Shown here: in pieces, positions 26,330 to 35,463 of the stretch | Position numbering within the stretch: position 1 is the stretch's first letter | Layout of the letters: each line of letters starts with the position of its first letter | Assembly: GCA_040902845.1 (NCBI GenBank) | Contig: JBBDWM010000034.1 | Span: forward strand, 147,001 to 211,000 | Direction: 5' to 3' | Source of the DNA: Acidimicrobiia bacterium | GTDB taxonomy: Bacteria > Actinomycetota > Acidimicrobiia > Spongiisociales > ZC4RG35 | Length of the DNA stretch: 64,000 bases | The notes under the pieces: model-generated | Database searches by the model: none | Told to the model about the DNA's origin: nothing | The model's input: the letters and a program-made list of their open reading frames with translations, nothing else | Position numbers and translations under genes: made by a program

Positions 26330-27575
26330 AGACCAGGCGGTCCTTGGGTGGCCAGTTCCGCTCAGAGTCGTCCACTCGCCTCAGAGACCACCATCCAACG
26401 GCGATGAAGATGATCAAGGCGCCCATGGCCACCCGGCGCCCCCAGCCAAAGACGTCGACGACCAATGCCCACGTGAGCGGGCCCAGGATGGTGGCAAACC
26501 GGCCGACGGTGGCGTACAGACCGTAGAACTCCCCGAGATGCCGGGGGGGTGAGATACGGGTCATCACGACCCGGTCTGCGGTCCAGGTTGCACCCAGGGC
26601 GAGGCCACCCAGAGGCCCGATCGCCCAGGCGAGGCTCGTCTGCCCGGTCACCGCGGCGGCCACGCCGGAAGCGATGGCGACCATCCACAAGATCAGGGCG
26701 GCCCGAAGCACCCGCAGTGGGCCGGCGAATTCGACAAAACGCCCGGCCACCAGGGCCCCAACCACGGCCGCGGTTATCGCAACACCCAAGAGTTGTGTGA
26801 CGAACTGCCCATCGAGGCGGAGTTCCTCGATCACGAAGATTGTCAGGAACCCCCCGATCAGGGTGTTGATGGCATCGGTGTAGAGAAAGCGGCTCACCAG
26901 GAAACGGACCATGCCGTCATAGCCGCGGGCTTTCTGCCACGAGGAGATGATCCGGCTTGCAACGTCACGGAGCCTGGGCGCGGGGGAGGCGGCGTCTCCC
27001 TGCCGCTCTTTGATGAAGAAGAACGCGGGCAAGGCGAACAGCAGGAAGCCGAGCGCGAGGACCCTGAAGGTATCGGCGAACGACCAACCCAGGACCTCCA
27101 GGGTCACCACTCCTATGCCCAACCCGATAAAAGAGCCGATGTAGCCGATGCCAACGCCGAGCCCTGAGATTCGGCCCCGATTCGCCGGGGTGCTGACGTC
27201 GACCAGCAGGGCGTCGTAGACCACGGATCCCACGTTGAACCCGACGAGCCCGATCCCGAGCAGGATGAGTGTCATGGTCATAGGTCCCGCCGCGAGCCCC
27301 GCGGTCGCCCCGACCGCAATCAGGGTGGTTACGCGAAGAGTGGGGACTCGGGCGCCCCGGGCGTCACTACGAGCGCCCGCCCAAGGTGCGAGGAAGATGA
27401 CCAGTGCGCCGGCCGCGGCCTCGACCAGAGCCAGGGCGGAGTCTGGCTGACCGACGGTTGTCAGCCATTCCGGGAAATATCGGCCGACCACACCGAGGGC
27501 GAAGATGGTGTTGGCGAGGTCGTAGAGGACCCAGGACCCGACCGACAGCCGATCAGGACTGCGAGCCGCGGTCAT
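26301..27575 (-). CDS. MFS transporter (UMF1/Atg22-like subfamily)
   Basis: 12 predicted TM helices. N-terminal WVLYDLANTIFALGVV and YDALLVDVSTP motifs. Intact paralog of the frameshifted gene at 35807-37155. Confidence 0.85.
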   Translation of the reverse strand: MTAARSPDRLSVGSWVLYDLANTIFALGVVGRYFPEWLTTVGQPDSALALVEAAAGALVIFLAPWAGARSDARGARVPTLRVTTLIAVGATAGLAAGPMTMTLILLGIGLVGFNVGSVVYDALLVDVSTPANRGRISGLGVGIGYIGSFIGLGIGVVTLEVLGWSFADTFRVLALGFLLFALPAFFFIKERQGDAASPAPRLRDVASRIISSWQKARGYDGMVRFLVSRFLYTDAINTLIGGFLTIFVIEELRLDGQFVTQLLGVAITAAVVGALVAGRFVEFAGPLRVLRAALILWMVAIASGVAAAVTGQTSLAWAIGPLGGLALGATWTADRVVMTRISPPRHLGEFYGLYATVGRFATILGPLTWALVVDVFGWGRRVAMGALIIFIAVGWWSLRRVDDSERNWPPKDRLVFSGSPAPQR

Positions 27576-27576
27576 C

Positions 27577-28653
27577 TCAGAAGGTTACGGCGACCGAGAT
27601 CAACTCTTCCCGACCCAGGAGACCTGCCGCCGCCTGGAGGGCGCGTGGAGCCTCGGACAGCGGAAACTGGTGTGAGACGAGGTCGTCGATCCGGGGGTCG
27701 ATCTCGATCTGACGGGTTGCCCACTGGTATCCGACGCTGCTCGCCCCCATGGCGCCGCGGATGGTGAGTTGCTTGGCCACCAGCACGTCACTGAGGAAAT
27801 GGAAGGCGCGGTTTCCCTTGGTGGAGGCCAGTATCACCCGACCGCCACTCCGCACCAGGTCGAGTGCGGTGAAGACTGCTTCCGGATCATCGGAGGTCAC
27901 ATCGACGATGATGTCCGGTCGGCGCCCGACGGCCTCGGCGATAGCCCCTCCCACGTCTTCGCTCTCGATATTGATGGTCAGGTCTGCGCCAAGCCGCTTG
28001 GCGAGCTCGAGACGATCACGGTCATGGGCCAGGCCGGTGACCCCCACCCACCCGGCGCCGGCAGCCTTGGCGGCGATCAGACAGGCGAGCCCACGAGGGC
28101 CAGGGCCCAGGATGAGAACGCTCTCGCCTGCTTGCAGCGAGGGCAGCTCGACGGCCCAGGTGTGACCGGCAGCCAGGGGATGGACGAATGTCGAGACCTC
28201 TGCCGGTACGTCGTCGGTGAGTTGGTGGAGCCGTGCGTCGGGGTCGATGAACAGATACTCGGCGAGGCCGCCCCAGAGCCCTGGTGGCTCGATGGAGGGG
28301 ATGAACCCATAGGAGTTAGATGGTCGGCGTCTGACACAGGTGGCCAGGCTCTGCTTGCAACGATGGCACTCGCCGCAGCGGATACGAGGCTCAACCGCGA
28401 CTCGGGTTCCGATGGGAAAGGGGATGGTTGGCCCTTCGGTGGCGATTCGGCCCACAACCTCGTGACCGGGAACAAGTGGGTAGACCACATCGCGGGCCTC
28501 GCCTTTCCAGACCTGGATGTCGGCGCCTGAGATCCCGGTTGCCTCTACGGCCAGCCAGCCACCCCGGTCAACAGGTTGGGTTGGCAACTCGGTCAACGTG
28601 AAGTGCTTGGGCTCGACGAGCATCATGGCCCGGGCTTTGATCCCTCGCTCCAT
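27577..28653 (-). CDS. zinc-dependent alcohol dehydrogenase (MDR family)
   Basis: Catalytic Zn motif GHEVVG, structural Zn Cys cluster CGECHRCKQSLATC, NAD Rossmann LILGPGPRGLACLIAAKAAGA. 1 nt after the MFS gene on the same strand. Confidence 0.85.
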   Translation of the reverse strand: MERGIKARAMMLVEPKHFTLTELPTQPVDRGGWLAVEATGISGADIQVWKGEARDVVYPLVPGHEVVGRIATEGPTIPFPIGTRVAVEPRIRCGECHRCKQSLATCVRRRPSNSYGFIPSIEPPGLWGGLAEYLFIDPDARLHQLTDDVPAEVSTFVHPLAAGHTWAVELPSLQAGESVLILGPGPRGLACLIAAKAAGAGWVGVTGLAHDRDRLELAKRLGADLTINIESEDVGGAIAEAVGRRPDIIVDVTSDDPEAVFTALDLVRSGGRVILASTKGNRAFHFLSDVLVAKQLTIRGAMGASSVGYQWATRQIEIDPRIDDLVSHQFPLSEAPRALQAAAGLLGREELISVAVTF

Positions 28654-28689
28654 CGTCGGCGAGTGTAAACCCGCTTCCCGGGCCCTCCG

Positions 28690-29865
28690 TCAAGTGGCGA
28701 GTAAGGCGGCGATCCGATCGACTCCGCGCTCGATTTCCTCCTCGCCAACCGCGTAGGAAAGCCGTAGAAACCCGGGTGTGCCGAACGACTCGCCGGGTAC
28801 CAGCGCCACTCCCGCCTTCTCGAGTATGGCGGTAGCCAGCTCATCGGTGCTTGCCCAGCGGTCGCCGAGATGCGCCGAAAAGTCAGGGAAAACGTAGAAC
28901 GCCCCTTCTGGCTCGATGCATACGACGCCGGGGAGTGAGCTGACCATCGAGTACATCAGCTTTCGTCTGGCGTCGAAGGCGAGGCGCATCTCTTCGACGG
29001 CCTCCTGAGGGCCGGTGAGGGCGGCCAGCGCCGCGTGTTGGGCCACATTCGCCACGTTGCCCGTTGCGTGTGACTGGTGGCTGTTGGCGGCGTCGATCAC
29101 GTCGACGGGACCGACCATCCAGCCGACCCTCCATCCGGTCATCGAGTAGCTCTTGGCCACGCCATTGATCAGGACCCAGTTCTCGAATCGAGGGGTCACC
29201 GCGGCAATCGAGGGCGCCACATCGGTGAAATAAGTGAGACGCTGGTAGATCTCATCGGCCATCACCCAGATGTCGTTGGCTGCCGCCCACTCTCCGATGA
29301 CGCGGGCTTCCTCGGCGGTGTAGACCGCACCTGTCGGGTTGGAGGGGGAGACAAAGACCAAGAGCTTGGTGCGATCGGTCCGAGCCCGCTCCAGGCTGTC
29401 GATGGTCACCTTGAACCCGTCTTCGAGGTCGGCCGGGACCGATACGGTGATTCCCCCGGCGAGTTCGATGCCTGCCGGGTAGGTAACCCAATGGGGCGAC
29501 GGCAGCAGGACCTCATCACCAGGGTCGAGAAGGGCGGCGAAAGCCTGGAAGACCGCCTGCTTGGCTCCGTTGGTGACCATCACCTCCGACCAGTCGACTT
29601 CGACCTTGGAGTAACGGGCGACGTCCTCGGCGATGGCTTTCCGGAGTTGGGGGAGACCTGCGGAGGCGGTGTACTTGTGATTCTGGGGGTCGAAACAAGC
29701 CCGTGCCGCTTCGGCGACCACATGCTCGGGCGTGGGGAAGTCGGGCTCGCCGGCCCCGAACGAGATCACGTCGATCCCGGCGGCGCGCAACTCCCTGGCC
29801 CGGGCGGCGATGCCCAGGGTGGCGGACGGGGGCAAGTGCCCGAGTCGGTCGGAAACCCTCTTCAT
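28690..29865 (-). CDS. pyridoxal-phosphate-dependent aminotransferase, class I (aspartate aminotransferase family)
   Basis: ISFGAGEPDFPTP, NPTGAVYT, VLINGVAKSYSMTGWRVG (PLP Lys) motifs. Confidence 0.9.
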   Translation of the reverse strand: MKRVSDRLGHLPPSATLGIAARARELRAAGIDVISFGAGEPDFPTPEHVVAEAARACFDPQNHKYTASAGLPQLRKAIAEDVARYSKVEVDWSEVMVTNGAKQAVFQAFAALLDPGDEVLLPSPHWVTYPAGIELAGGITVSVPADLEDGFKVTIDSLERARTDRTKLLVFVSPSNPTGAVYTAEEARVIGEWAAANDIWVMADEIYQRLTYFTDVAPSIAAVTPRFENWVLINGVAKSYSMTGWRVGWMVGPVDVIDAANSHQSHATGNVANVAQHAALAALTGPQEAVEEMRLAFDARRKLMYSMVSSLPGVVCIEPEGAFYVFPDFSAHLGDRWASTDELATAILEKAGVALVPGESFGTPGFLRLSYAVGEEEIERGVDRIAALLAT

Positions 29866-29914
29866 GTTGGCGACCGCAGCCTAAGCAACTCCTGGGCTTT
29901 CGCAGCCGTCGTTT

Positions 29915-30250
29915 TCAACTCGAGAATTGGTCCCTGACGTCGTCTTCCACGTTCTCTGCTGCTTCCGGAACGGCATCCGCCGCCTCGCCCGCGGCCTCCT
30001 TGGCCGAATCGACTGTCTCGGTGGCGGCGTCCTCACCGGCGTCAACCGCCTCCTCCCCCTTGTCCGTCATGTCTGCGATCTTGTCCTTGGCCGATCCGTA
30101 GAGGTCCTGCGACGTCTCTTTGACCTTCGCACCTGCGTCGCTGGCGAAGTCCTTGGTCTTTTCGACATAGGGCTGTGCTTTCTCGGCCAGATCGGAGCCT
30201 TGGTCCTTGGCCTTGCCGAACCATCCCTTGAGGGTGTCCATGAATCCCAT
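29915..30250 (-). CDS. MT0933-like antitoxin-family small acidic protein (orphan)
   Basis: MGFMDTLKGWFGKAKDQGSDLAEKAQPYVEKTKDFASDAGAKVKE... resembles the mycobacterial Rv0909/MT0933 family (MGFLDKAK...). AAAGGA SD 6 nt upstream of the ATG at 30250. Confidence 0.5.
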   Translation of the reverse strand: MGFMDTLKGWFGKAKDQGSDLAEKAQPYVEKTKDFASDAGAKVKETSQDLYGSAKDKIADMTDKGEEAVDAGEDAATETVDSAKEAAGEAADAVPEAAENVEDDVRDQFSS

Positions 30251-30365
30251 TGCGGTCCTTTCAGTCCCGTGGGCCCATCGTAGGGCGGGTTCGTGGGGGT
30301 AATCGTCGCCCCGCCACGGGCAACGGAGATCCGGGAGCCGATCCGAGCAGTTCACCTTGGTTTGA

Positions 30366-32852
30366 GTGACCAGTATTTTGAGCGGCGTGACTTTGCCCAA
30401 GATCGATCGGCGTCGCGTCTGGCGGCGCTCGTTGGTGATCCTCGGCCTGATGACTGCAGGTGTCGCTGCTCCGGTCCTGGACCTGTATGGGAGGAATCCT
30501 GGGGTCTTCGTAGCCAATCGAAGCACACCCGAGCAGATCGTCATGTTCGGGCTTTTGGTGACGTTCACCCTGCCTCTCGTCGCCGTGATCATCCTCACGA
30601 TCACCGAGAAGATCAGCACCCGAGCCGCTGATATCGCCTACTACGTGCTGGTTGGGATCTCGGCGGCGGCGACCGGTCTGGTTATAAGCCGCCAGGTGGT
30701 GCCCGAGAACACGGTGGCTGCTGTCGCTCTGGCTGTGGGCGTCACCGCCGTCGTGCTGCTCCTTTGCCGCCGGATCGAACCAGGGCTGCTGTTCTTTTCG
30801 CTGCTCGGTCCTGCAGTGCTGGTGATGTTTCTTGCGATCTCGCCCACATCGCAACTGCTGGCCGAGCCTGCGGTCCCACCCATTGCCCCGGATCAGATCG
30901 GGATACCGGCATCGATCGTCATCATCCAACTCGACGAGCTCCCCATTGCATCGCTCATGGATGAGGACGGAGCCATCAACGCTGCCCTGTTCCCGAATTT
31001 CGCCCGCTTGGCCAACTCCGGAAACTGGTACCGAAATGCCTTCTCCAACTCGATCGCGACCACCCAGAGCGTCCCGGCCATTCTCAGCGGTCGTCTGGGT
31101 GAGTCCGATGCCACCCCATCACTGATCGATCACCCCAACAACCTGTTCACCCTCCTCGGCGAGGGGTACGAGATGCACGTCGTCGAGTGGCTCACCGACA
31201 TGTGCCCTGAGGAGTTTTGCAAGGACTATGCCGGCAGAGGACCGGCCCGATTCGGCTCTCTGCTCCAGGACGTGGGGGTGGTCTACGGCCATCTCTCCCT
31301 TCCCGAGTCTGTACGTGCCGGTCTTCCCAGCATCGACGGCAGCTGGAAAGGATTTCTCGGTCAGGCGGAGGCCAGGGAGGCGGCGCCGGTGGATGTCGGC
31401 GACCTACCCGTTCCCGAGGCGGGGGTGAGGAGCAAGTGGATCGATTGGATCGAGCGGATCATCGACGGGGTCGATGCCGCTGCCCCTCCGACCCTGCACT
31501 TTGCGCATCTCCAGGCGCCGCATATCCCGTGGAGGGTCAACCCTTCAGGAAGCCACTACCAACGACCGGAGCAGTACGACGAGGTCGACGGCATCGAGGG
31601 CGGCAAGTGGGTGACCCGGGCCGACCTCCCCCGACTGGGATACCAGAGATACCTCTACCAGCTCGGTTTCTTGGATCAGCGTCTCGGAGCGTTGTTCGAC
31701 CGGTTGGAGGAGACCGGCAATTGGGACGACTCGCTGATCGTGGTGGTGGCCGACCACGGGGCTTCGTTCGTCCCGGGAGAGCATCGTCGTTGGCCGATGG
31801 GGGGCAATCTCAGCGATCTCTACCGGATTCCCCTGATCATCAAGCTTCCGGGACAGGTCGACGGCCAAACCTTCGACGAGCCGGCGTTCGCCATCGACAT
31901 CCTCCCCACGATCGTCGATGCACTCGATATCACGACCGATTGGGAATTCGACGGTCACTCGTTGCTGGACATCGAAGGGACCGACTATCCACATGAGCCG
32001 ATCTTCTATTGCTGTAGTCGGGAGCCCGCCAGCACCGATCTCAGTGAGCTCTTCGACCAGGTGCGGCGCAATCACGAGTGGGTGCCCAACCAGAGAAGTT
32101 GGATGGGTGTCGCCGGGTCAGGCCCGTATGCGGACTTCGTAGGGCGACCCGTGGCCGAGTTGGATCCGCAACCGAGCGACGACCTGCACTGGTCGCTGAC
32201 ACAATCCGAGGAGCTGGCAGAAGTGAGCCGGGCCTCGGGTTTCGTTCAGACTTTCATCTCGGGTCGGTTGGAGCTACCCGCCGGGATCGAAGGTGATGAC
32301 CTTCTCCTCGCGGTCAACGGCACGGTGGCCGGGACCGGGTTCGTGATCAGGGACAGCGATACCAGCGGCGAGCTCCGCGGGTTGCTGGCCGAAGAGCTTT
32401 TGATAGACGGCGCTAACGAGGTGGCGATCCTGGTGCCGGACCCAGACGGCAACGGATGGCTGGTGGGGGCCGCCGCTGACATCACTGTGGACTACTTCGC
32501 CGAAGACGGGCATCAGCTCGATATTCGCTCCGAAGGGGATCGCCGCTTGGAGATAAGCGCGGCGCGGGAGACGGAGACGGGTTGGCTGGTGAAAGGATGG
32601 GCGGCTGACGTCAAGGAGAAGCGCACCGCCGATTGGATCTATGTGTTCGCTGGTGACCAATTGCTGGTTTCCAGCCCACCCAACCTCGACAACGAGAACG
32701 TGGTGCGCTGGTTCAAGAGCGACGACCTCCTCCGTTCCGGGTTCACCTTCGACATCCCGGCCGCGGAGGTGCCTGATGACCTCGACCGCCTGACCGTGAT
32801 CGCCGAATTCGGCGACTACGCCATCGAGAGCCCGGCAACTCTCCCCCGTTGA
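30366..32852 (+). CDS. membrane-anchored sulfatase / LTA-synthase family protein (alkaline phosphatase superfamily)
   Basis: Five N-terminal TM helices then an extracytoplasmic sulfatase-like domain (LIVVVADHGASF, HFAHLQAPHIPW). 828 aa. Confidence 0.7.
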   Translation: MTSILSGVTLPKIDRRRVWRRSLVILGLMTAGVAAPVLDLYGRNPGVFVANRSTPEQIVMFGLLVTFTLPLVAVIILTITEKISTRAADIAYYVLVGISAAATGLVISRQVVPENTVAAVALAVGVTAVVLLLCRRIEPGLLFFSLLGPAVLVMFLAISPTSQLLAEPAVPPIAPDQIGIPASIVIIQLDELPIASLMDEDGAINAALFPNFARLANSGNWYRNAFSNSIATTQSVPAILSGRLGESDATPSLIDHPNNLFTLLGEGYEMHVVEWLTDMCPEEFCKDYAGRGPARFGSLLQDVGVVYGHLSLPESVRAGLPSIDGSWKGFLGQAEAREAAPVDVGDLPVPEAGVRSKWIDWIERIIDGVDAAAPPTLHFAHLQAPHIPWRVNPSGSHYQRPEQYDEVDGIEGGKWVTRADLPRLGYQRYLYQLGFLDQRLGALFDRLEETGNWDDSLIVVVADHGASFVPGEHRRWPMGGNLSDLYRIPLIIKLPGQVDGQTFDEPAFAIDILPTIVDALDITTDWEFDGHSLLDIEGTDYPHEPIFYCCSREPASTDLSELFDQVRRNHEWVPNQRSWMGVAGSGPYADFVGRPVAELDPQPSDDLHWSLTQSEELAEVSRASGFVQTFISGRLELPAGIEGDDLLLAVNGTVAGTGFVIRDSDTSGELRGLLAEELLIDGANEVAILVPDPDGNGWLVGAAADITVDYFAEDGHQLDIRSEGDRRLEISAARETETGWLVKGWAADVKEKRTADWIYVFAGDQLLVSSPPNLDNENVVRWFKSDDLLRSGFTFDIPAAEVPDDLDRLTVIAEFGDYAIESPATLPR

Positions 32853-32964
32853 CAGATTCGTTGGCGGGGAACCCTTCCGTAATTGAGATCCACAGGGGTC
32901 ACATACGGCCCTCACGGTCCCAATTACGGAGACCCAAACACGGACCCCACGGTCCCAACTGCGG

Positions 32965-32984
32965 GCGCCCCAATTACGGGGCGC
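32965..32984. terminator. GC-rich hairpin GCGCCCC-aattac-GGGGCGC in the convergent intergenic region, no U tract
   Basis: Perfect 7-bp stem with a 6-nt loop, seen directly. Overlaps the stop codon of the minus-strand methyltransferase gene and lies 113 nt after the plus-strand sulfatase-like gene. Confidence 0.3.
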
Positions 32985-34342
32985 TATCGGGGATTGAGAT
33001 CGAAGAGGACTCTCGTGCCCAAGCCAAGCGTCTGCTCATGGACGATCTCGAACATCTCTTCCAGAATGGCCCGGAATTCGGCCTCCTCGCGGCCGCCATG
33101 CAACTCCTGAGGCAGCTTGTTCCCGACGAGCTTGGCCACCATCTCATCGGCCGGTGAGACATATTCGACAACCACCGGTGTGCCAAAGGAGTGCAACCAG
33201 CGGAGGACTTCCTTGGGCGGGATGCTGGCCGAGTAGATGAGGTGGTGGATGAGCCCGTAGGCGATCACCAGATCGGGCCGGGCCCGCTCGATGATCCCCG
33301 ATCGCTCCATCCCGGCCCATCCCTGGGCCGGCGATGGGTTGCCCAGGTCGGTGAGGACCACCGACAGGCTCTGCCCGGCACTCCTTCGATAAAGGTCGTC
33401 GAGGACTGCTTCGTCGCTGTCGACGGCGATGGCTTCGGCTCCGGCGGAGGCGGCGATGGTCGAGAAATGCCCATCATTGGCGCCGAGGTCGAGGACCCGG
33501 TGCGGGCCGACTCGCCCCAGAGCCGATAGCAGGAACTCACTCTTGGCATCTCGATCCCGTGACACATGACTGCACGAGCCGTAATCCGACCAGCCATCGA
33601 CGCCGTGCTCCCAATCGAGGGATGTCACCAAAGAGCGGAGCTTCTTCACGTTGGCCAGGATCAGCTCGGGGGTGAAGCCGGCGGTTCGAAGGTCCTCCCT
33701 GACCGCGCGATCCGACATCCGGGTCTCCATCCGCGCCTGGAGTCGCACATGAAGCAGCGCACCTGAATTGAATCGCTTCTTGCCGCCGAGGAGCTTGGCC
33801 ATCTGGCCCGGAGTGGGGCCTTCCAGATCGCCACGAAGCCAGGGTTGGAAGGGGACCCCAACCCATGCCCGCAGCATGAGGGGGAAGAGAAACTGGCGTG
33901 TGAACTGGCGGTAGCCGATCCAGGCCTCTCCCTGGCGATAGGCCTCAAAGGAGCCGATATCGATGAAAACCGGTCGGCCTGCAACGAATTGGATGTTGTA
34001 CGGGGTGCTGTCCTTGATGGTCAGCCCTTCGTGGAGGGCGCCCTCCAGAAGGTCGAGTTGGAGAAGGGCAGCATCCTTGAGCATGGAGTAGGTCCACTCG
34101 TACGGGTAGCTGATGAGTGGCAAACGAGGGTGTTCGAGAGCTCCGGCGCTGCCCGGCGGAGGGTCGATCTCGACCGCGGCAATCAGCCGGCCTTCGGCGA
34201 CGGCAGATGCGAAGAACTTGGTCCCGGCGAGAGCGCGCCACCCCTGGAGGCCACGTTGGTCGAGGAGGCGCAGGACCTTCTCCCCATTGAGAACGACTCG
34301 TGAGGCCGGGTCGCGAAACGACCCGGGGTCGGGCGATATCAC
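32984..34342 (-). CDS. fusion protein: N-terminal protein-kinase-like (APH-like) domain plus C-terminal class I SAM-dependent methyltransferase
   Basis: Catalytic-loop-like LTIKDSTPYNIQFVAGRPVFIDIGSFE (Brenner-like K-D-x4-N plus an IDxG DFG-like motif). MTase motif I VLDLGANDGHFS and motif II/III DLVIAYGLIHHL. Start set at the GTG at 34342, because the longer ORF overlaps the upstream microprotein gene. Confidence 0.55.
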   Translation of the reverse strand: MISPDPGSFRDPASRVVLNGEKVLRLLDQRGLQGWRALAGTKFFASAVAEGRLIAAVEIDPPPGSAGALEHPRLPLISYPYEWTYSMLKDAALLQLDLLEGALHEGLTIKDSTPYNIQFVAGRPVFIDIGSFEAYRQGEAWIGYRQFTRQFLFPLMLRAWVGVPFQPWLRGDLEGPTPGQMAKLLGGKKRFNSGALLHVRLQARMETRMSDRAVREDLRTAGFTPELILANVKKLRSLVTSLDWEHGVDGWSDYGSCSHVSRDRDAKSEFLLSALGRVGPHRVLDLGANDGHFSTIAASAGAEAIAVDSDEAVLDDLYRRSAGQSLSVVLTDLGNPSPAQGWAGMERSGIIERARPDLVIAYGLIHHLIYSASIPPKEVLRWLHSFGTPVVVEYVSPADEMVAKLVGNKLPQELHGGREEAEFRAILEEMFEIVHEQTLGLGTRVLFDLNPR

Positions 34343-34349
34343 TGCGCGA

Positions 34350-34538
34350 TCAGGATTCGGCGGACAGGGCGGGGTCTTCGGCGGTGTCCACTTCGGCCGC
34401 GACAGCGTCGGACTTGACACCCCGACGCCCGTACTTCATGCGCATGGCCTTGTAGGCGACACCGATCCCGGCCAGACCGCCGATCAGTGCCTGAAGGAGC
34501 AGACTTCCCGAGCCCGCATCCAAATATCCAAAGATCAT
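34350..34538 (-). CDS. small membrane protein (62 aa), hypothetical
   Basis: MIFGYLDAGSGSLLLQALIGGLAGIGVAYKAMRMKYGRRG...: one TM helix then a basic patch. Strong SD GGAGGAG 9 nt upstream of the ATG. Ends 7 nt before the kinase-like/MTase gene. Confidence 0.4.
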   Translation of the reverse strand: MIFGYLDAGSGSLLLQALIGGLAGIGVAYKAMRMKYGRRGVKSDAVAAEVDTAEDPALSAES

Positions 34539-34633
34539 TTTTCTTGCTCCTCCCGAGAGCAGCGGCAACAAAATGCCGTCTCCATTGTCGTCCAACTCAA
34601 CAGTGAAGCAAACCTCACGCTCTAGTGGGCCGC

Positions 34634-35446
34634 TCAGGGCCGATACCGCTGACGGGCGGTCACCCCTCCATCGGGTGTCAACAGCAGCGCCATGTCGCCG
34701 GTGTTGTTCCACACCGGAGTTCCACCCGGTTCCCAGCCCGGGTCGTCGCTGGTCACCTGGATGGCGGCGCCAGGCCCGATGACCGAGCCGCCAGGGAACC
34801 GGAACCGATGTGCCGAGGACTCATCGCGGAGGACCCATCCCGAGATGTCGACCGCTTCGTCGCCGTTGTTGATGATCGTGACCTGCTCGAGGTCGAGCAC
34901 TTGGTCGTCGGCTCCCGGCGGGTTGTGGCCGGCGGTGTCGATCGAGAGATCGATGTCTGTGGTTGCGTGACCGCTGCAAGCGGTTTGATCCCATAACCCG
35001 ATCCGGGCCCGGTAGGCGGCCTCTTCGGCGGCCAGGAGTCTTGGCCCCCAGGTGTCGGTGTCTCCGGGGGTGGTGGCGATGGCGAGCCCGTTCGCGACCA
35101 AAGCGAGATTGACGAGAGTGTCTCCCGCCCAGACGTAGCCGAGGGTTCGCCCAAACTGGTCCTCGCCGTGGTCTTCGACTCCGACAGCCCTGTTGTCGAG
35201 ATAGGAGGCCAACCCCGCAGCTGCTTTGTCGTGGAAGCATTCGTCGCGCTCGGGAGCATTGACCCCGAGCAATCGGATCGTGATCTCTCGCCCGACGGTT
35301 CCGAGGACGAAGGTGTCCCCGTCTTCGACTTCCAGGACATCTCCTGTCACCAGCCCTACCGGTCGTTCTACTCCGCTCCCGTCCGTAGAGGTCGGAAAAG
35401 TGGGCTGCGCGGCACAGGAAACGAGAAGGACAGTGCCGAGAATCAC
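34634..35446 (-). CDS. secreted thermonuclease (SNase-like) fused to a lamin-tail domain (LTD); putative lipoprotein
   Basis: Signal/lipobox LLVSCAA. SNase core GDVLEVEDGDTFVLGTVGREITIRLLGVNAPE...GRTLGYVW. C-terminal LTD QVTIINNGDEAVDISGWVLRDESSAHRFRFPGGSVIGPGAAIQV. Confidence 0.75.
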   Translation of the reverse strand: MILGTVLLVSCAAQPTFPTSTDGSGVERPVGLVTGDVLEVEDGDTFVLGTVGREITIRLLGVNAPERDECFHDKAAAGLASYLDNRAVGVEDHGEDQFGRTLGYVWAGDTLVNLALVANGLAIATTPGDTDTWGPRLLAAEEAAYRARIGLWDQTACSGHATTDIDLSIDTAGHNPPGADDQVLDLEQVTIINNGDEAVDISGWVLRDESSAHRFRFPGGSVIGPGAAIQVTSDDPGWEPGGTPVWNNTGDMALLLTPDGGVTARQRYRP

Positions 35447-35463
35447 GCGCCCAGCGGTGGGGA

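Noticed and set aside
30251-30365. Imperfect inverted repeat CCCGTGGGC ... GCCACGGG in the divergent region between the MT0933-like and sulfatase-like genes
   Set aside because: One arm is imperfect and no associated regulator is evident. It is possibly a promoter-region secondary structure, but support is too weak to call a feature.
32274-32915. 213-aa minus-strand ORF at the 3' end of the sulfatase-like gene
   Set aside because: It lies almost wholly antisense within the 828-aa sulfatase/LTA-synthase-like CDS. No motif support.
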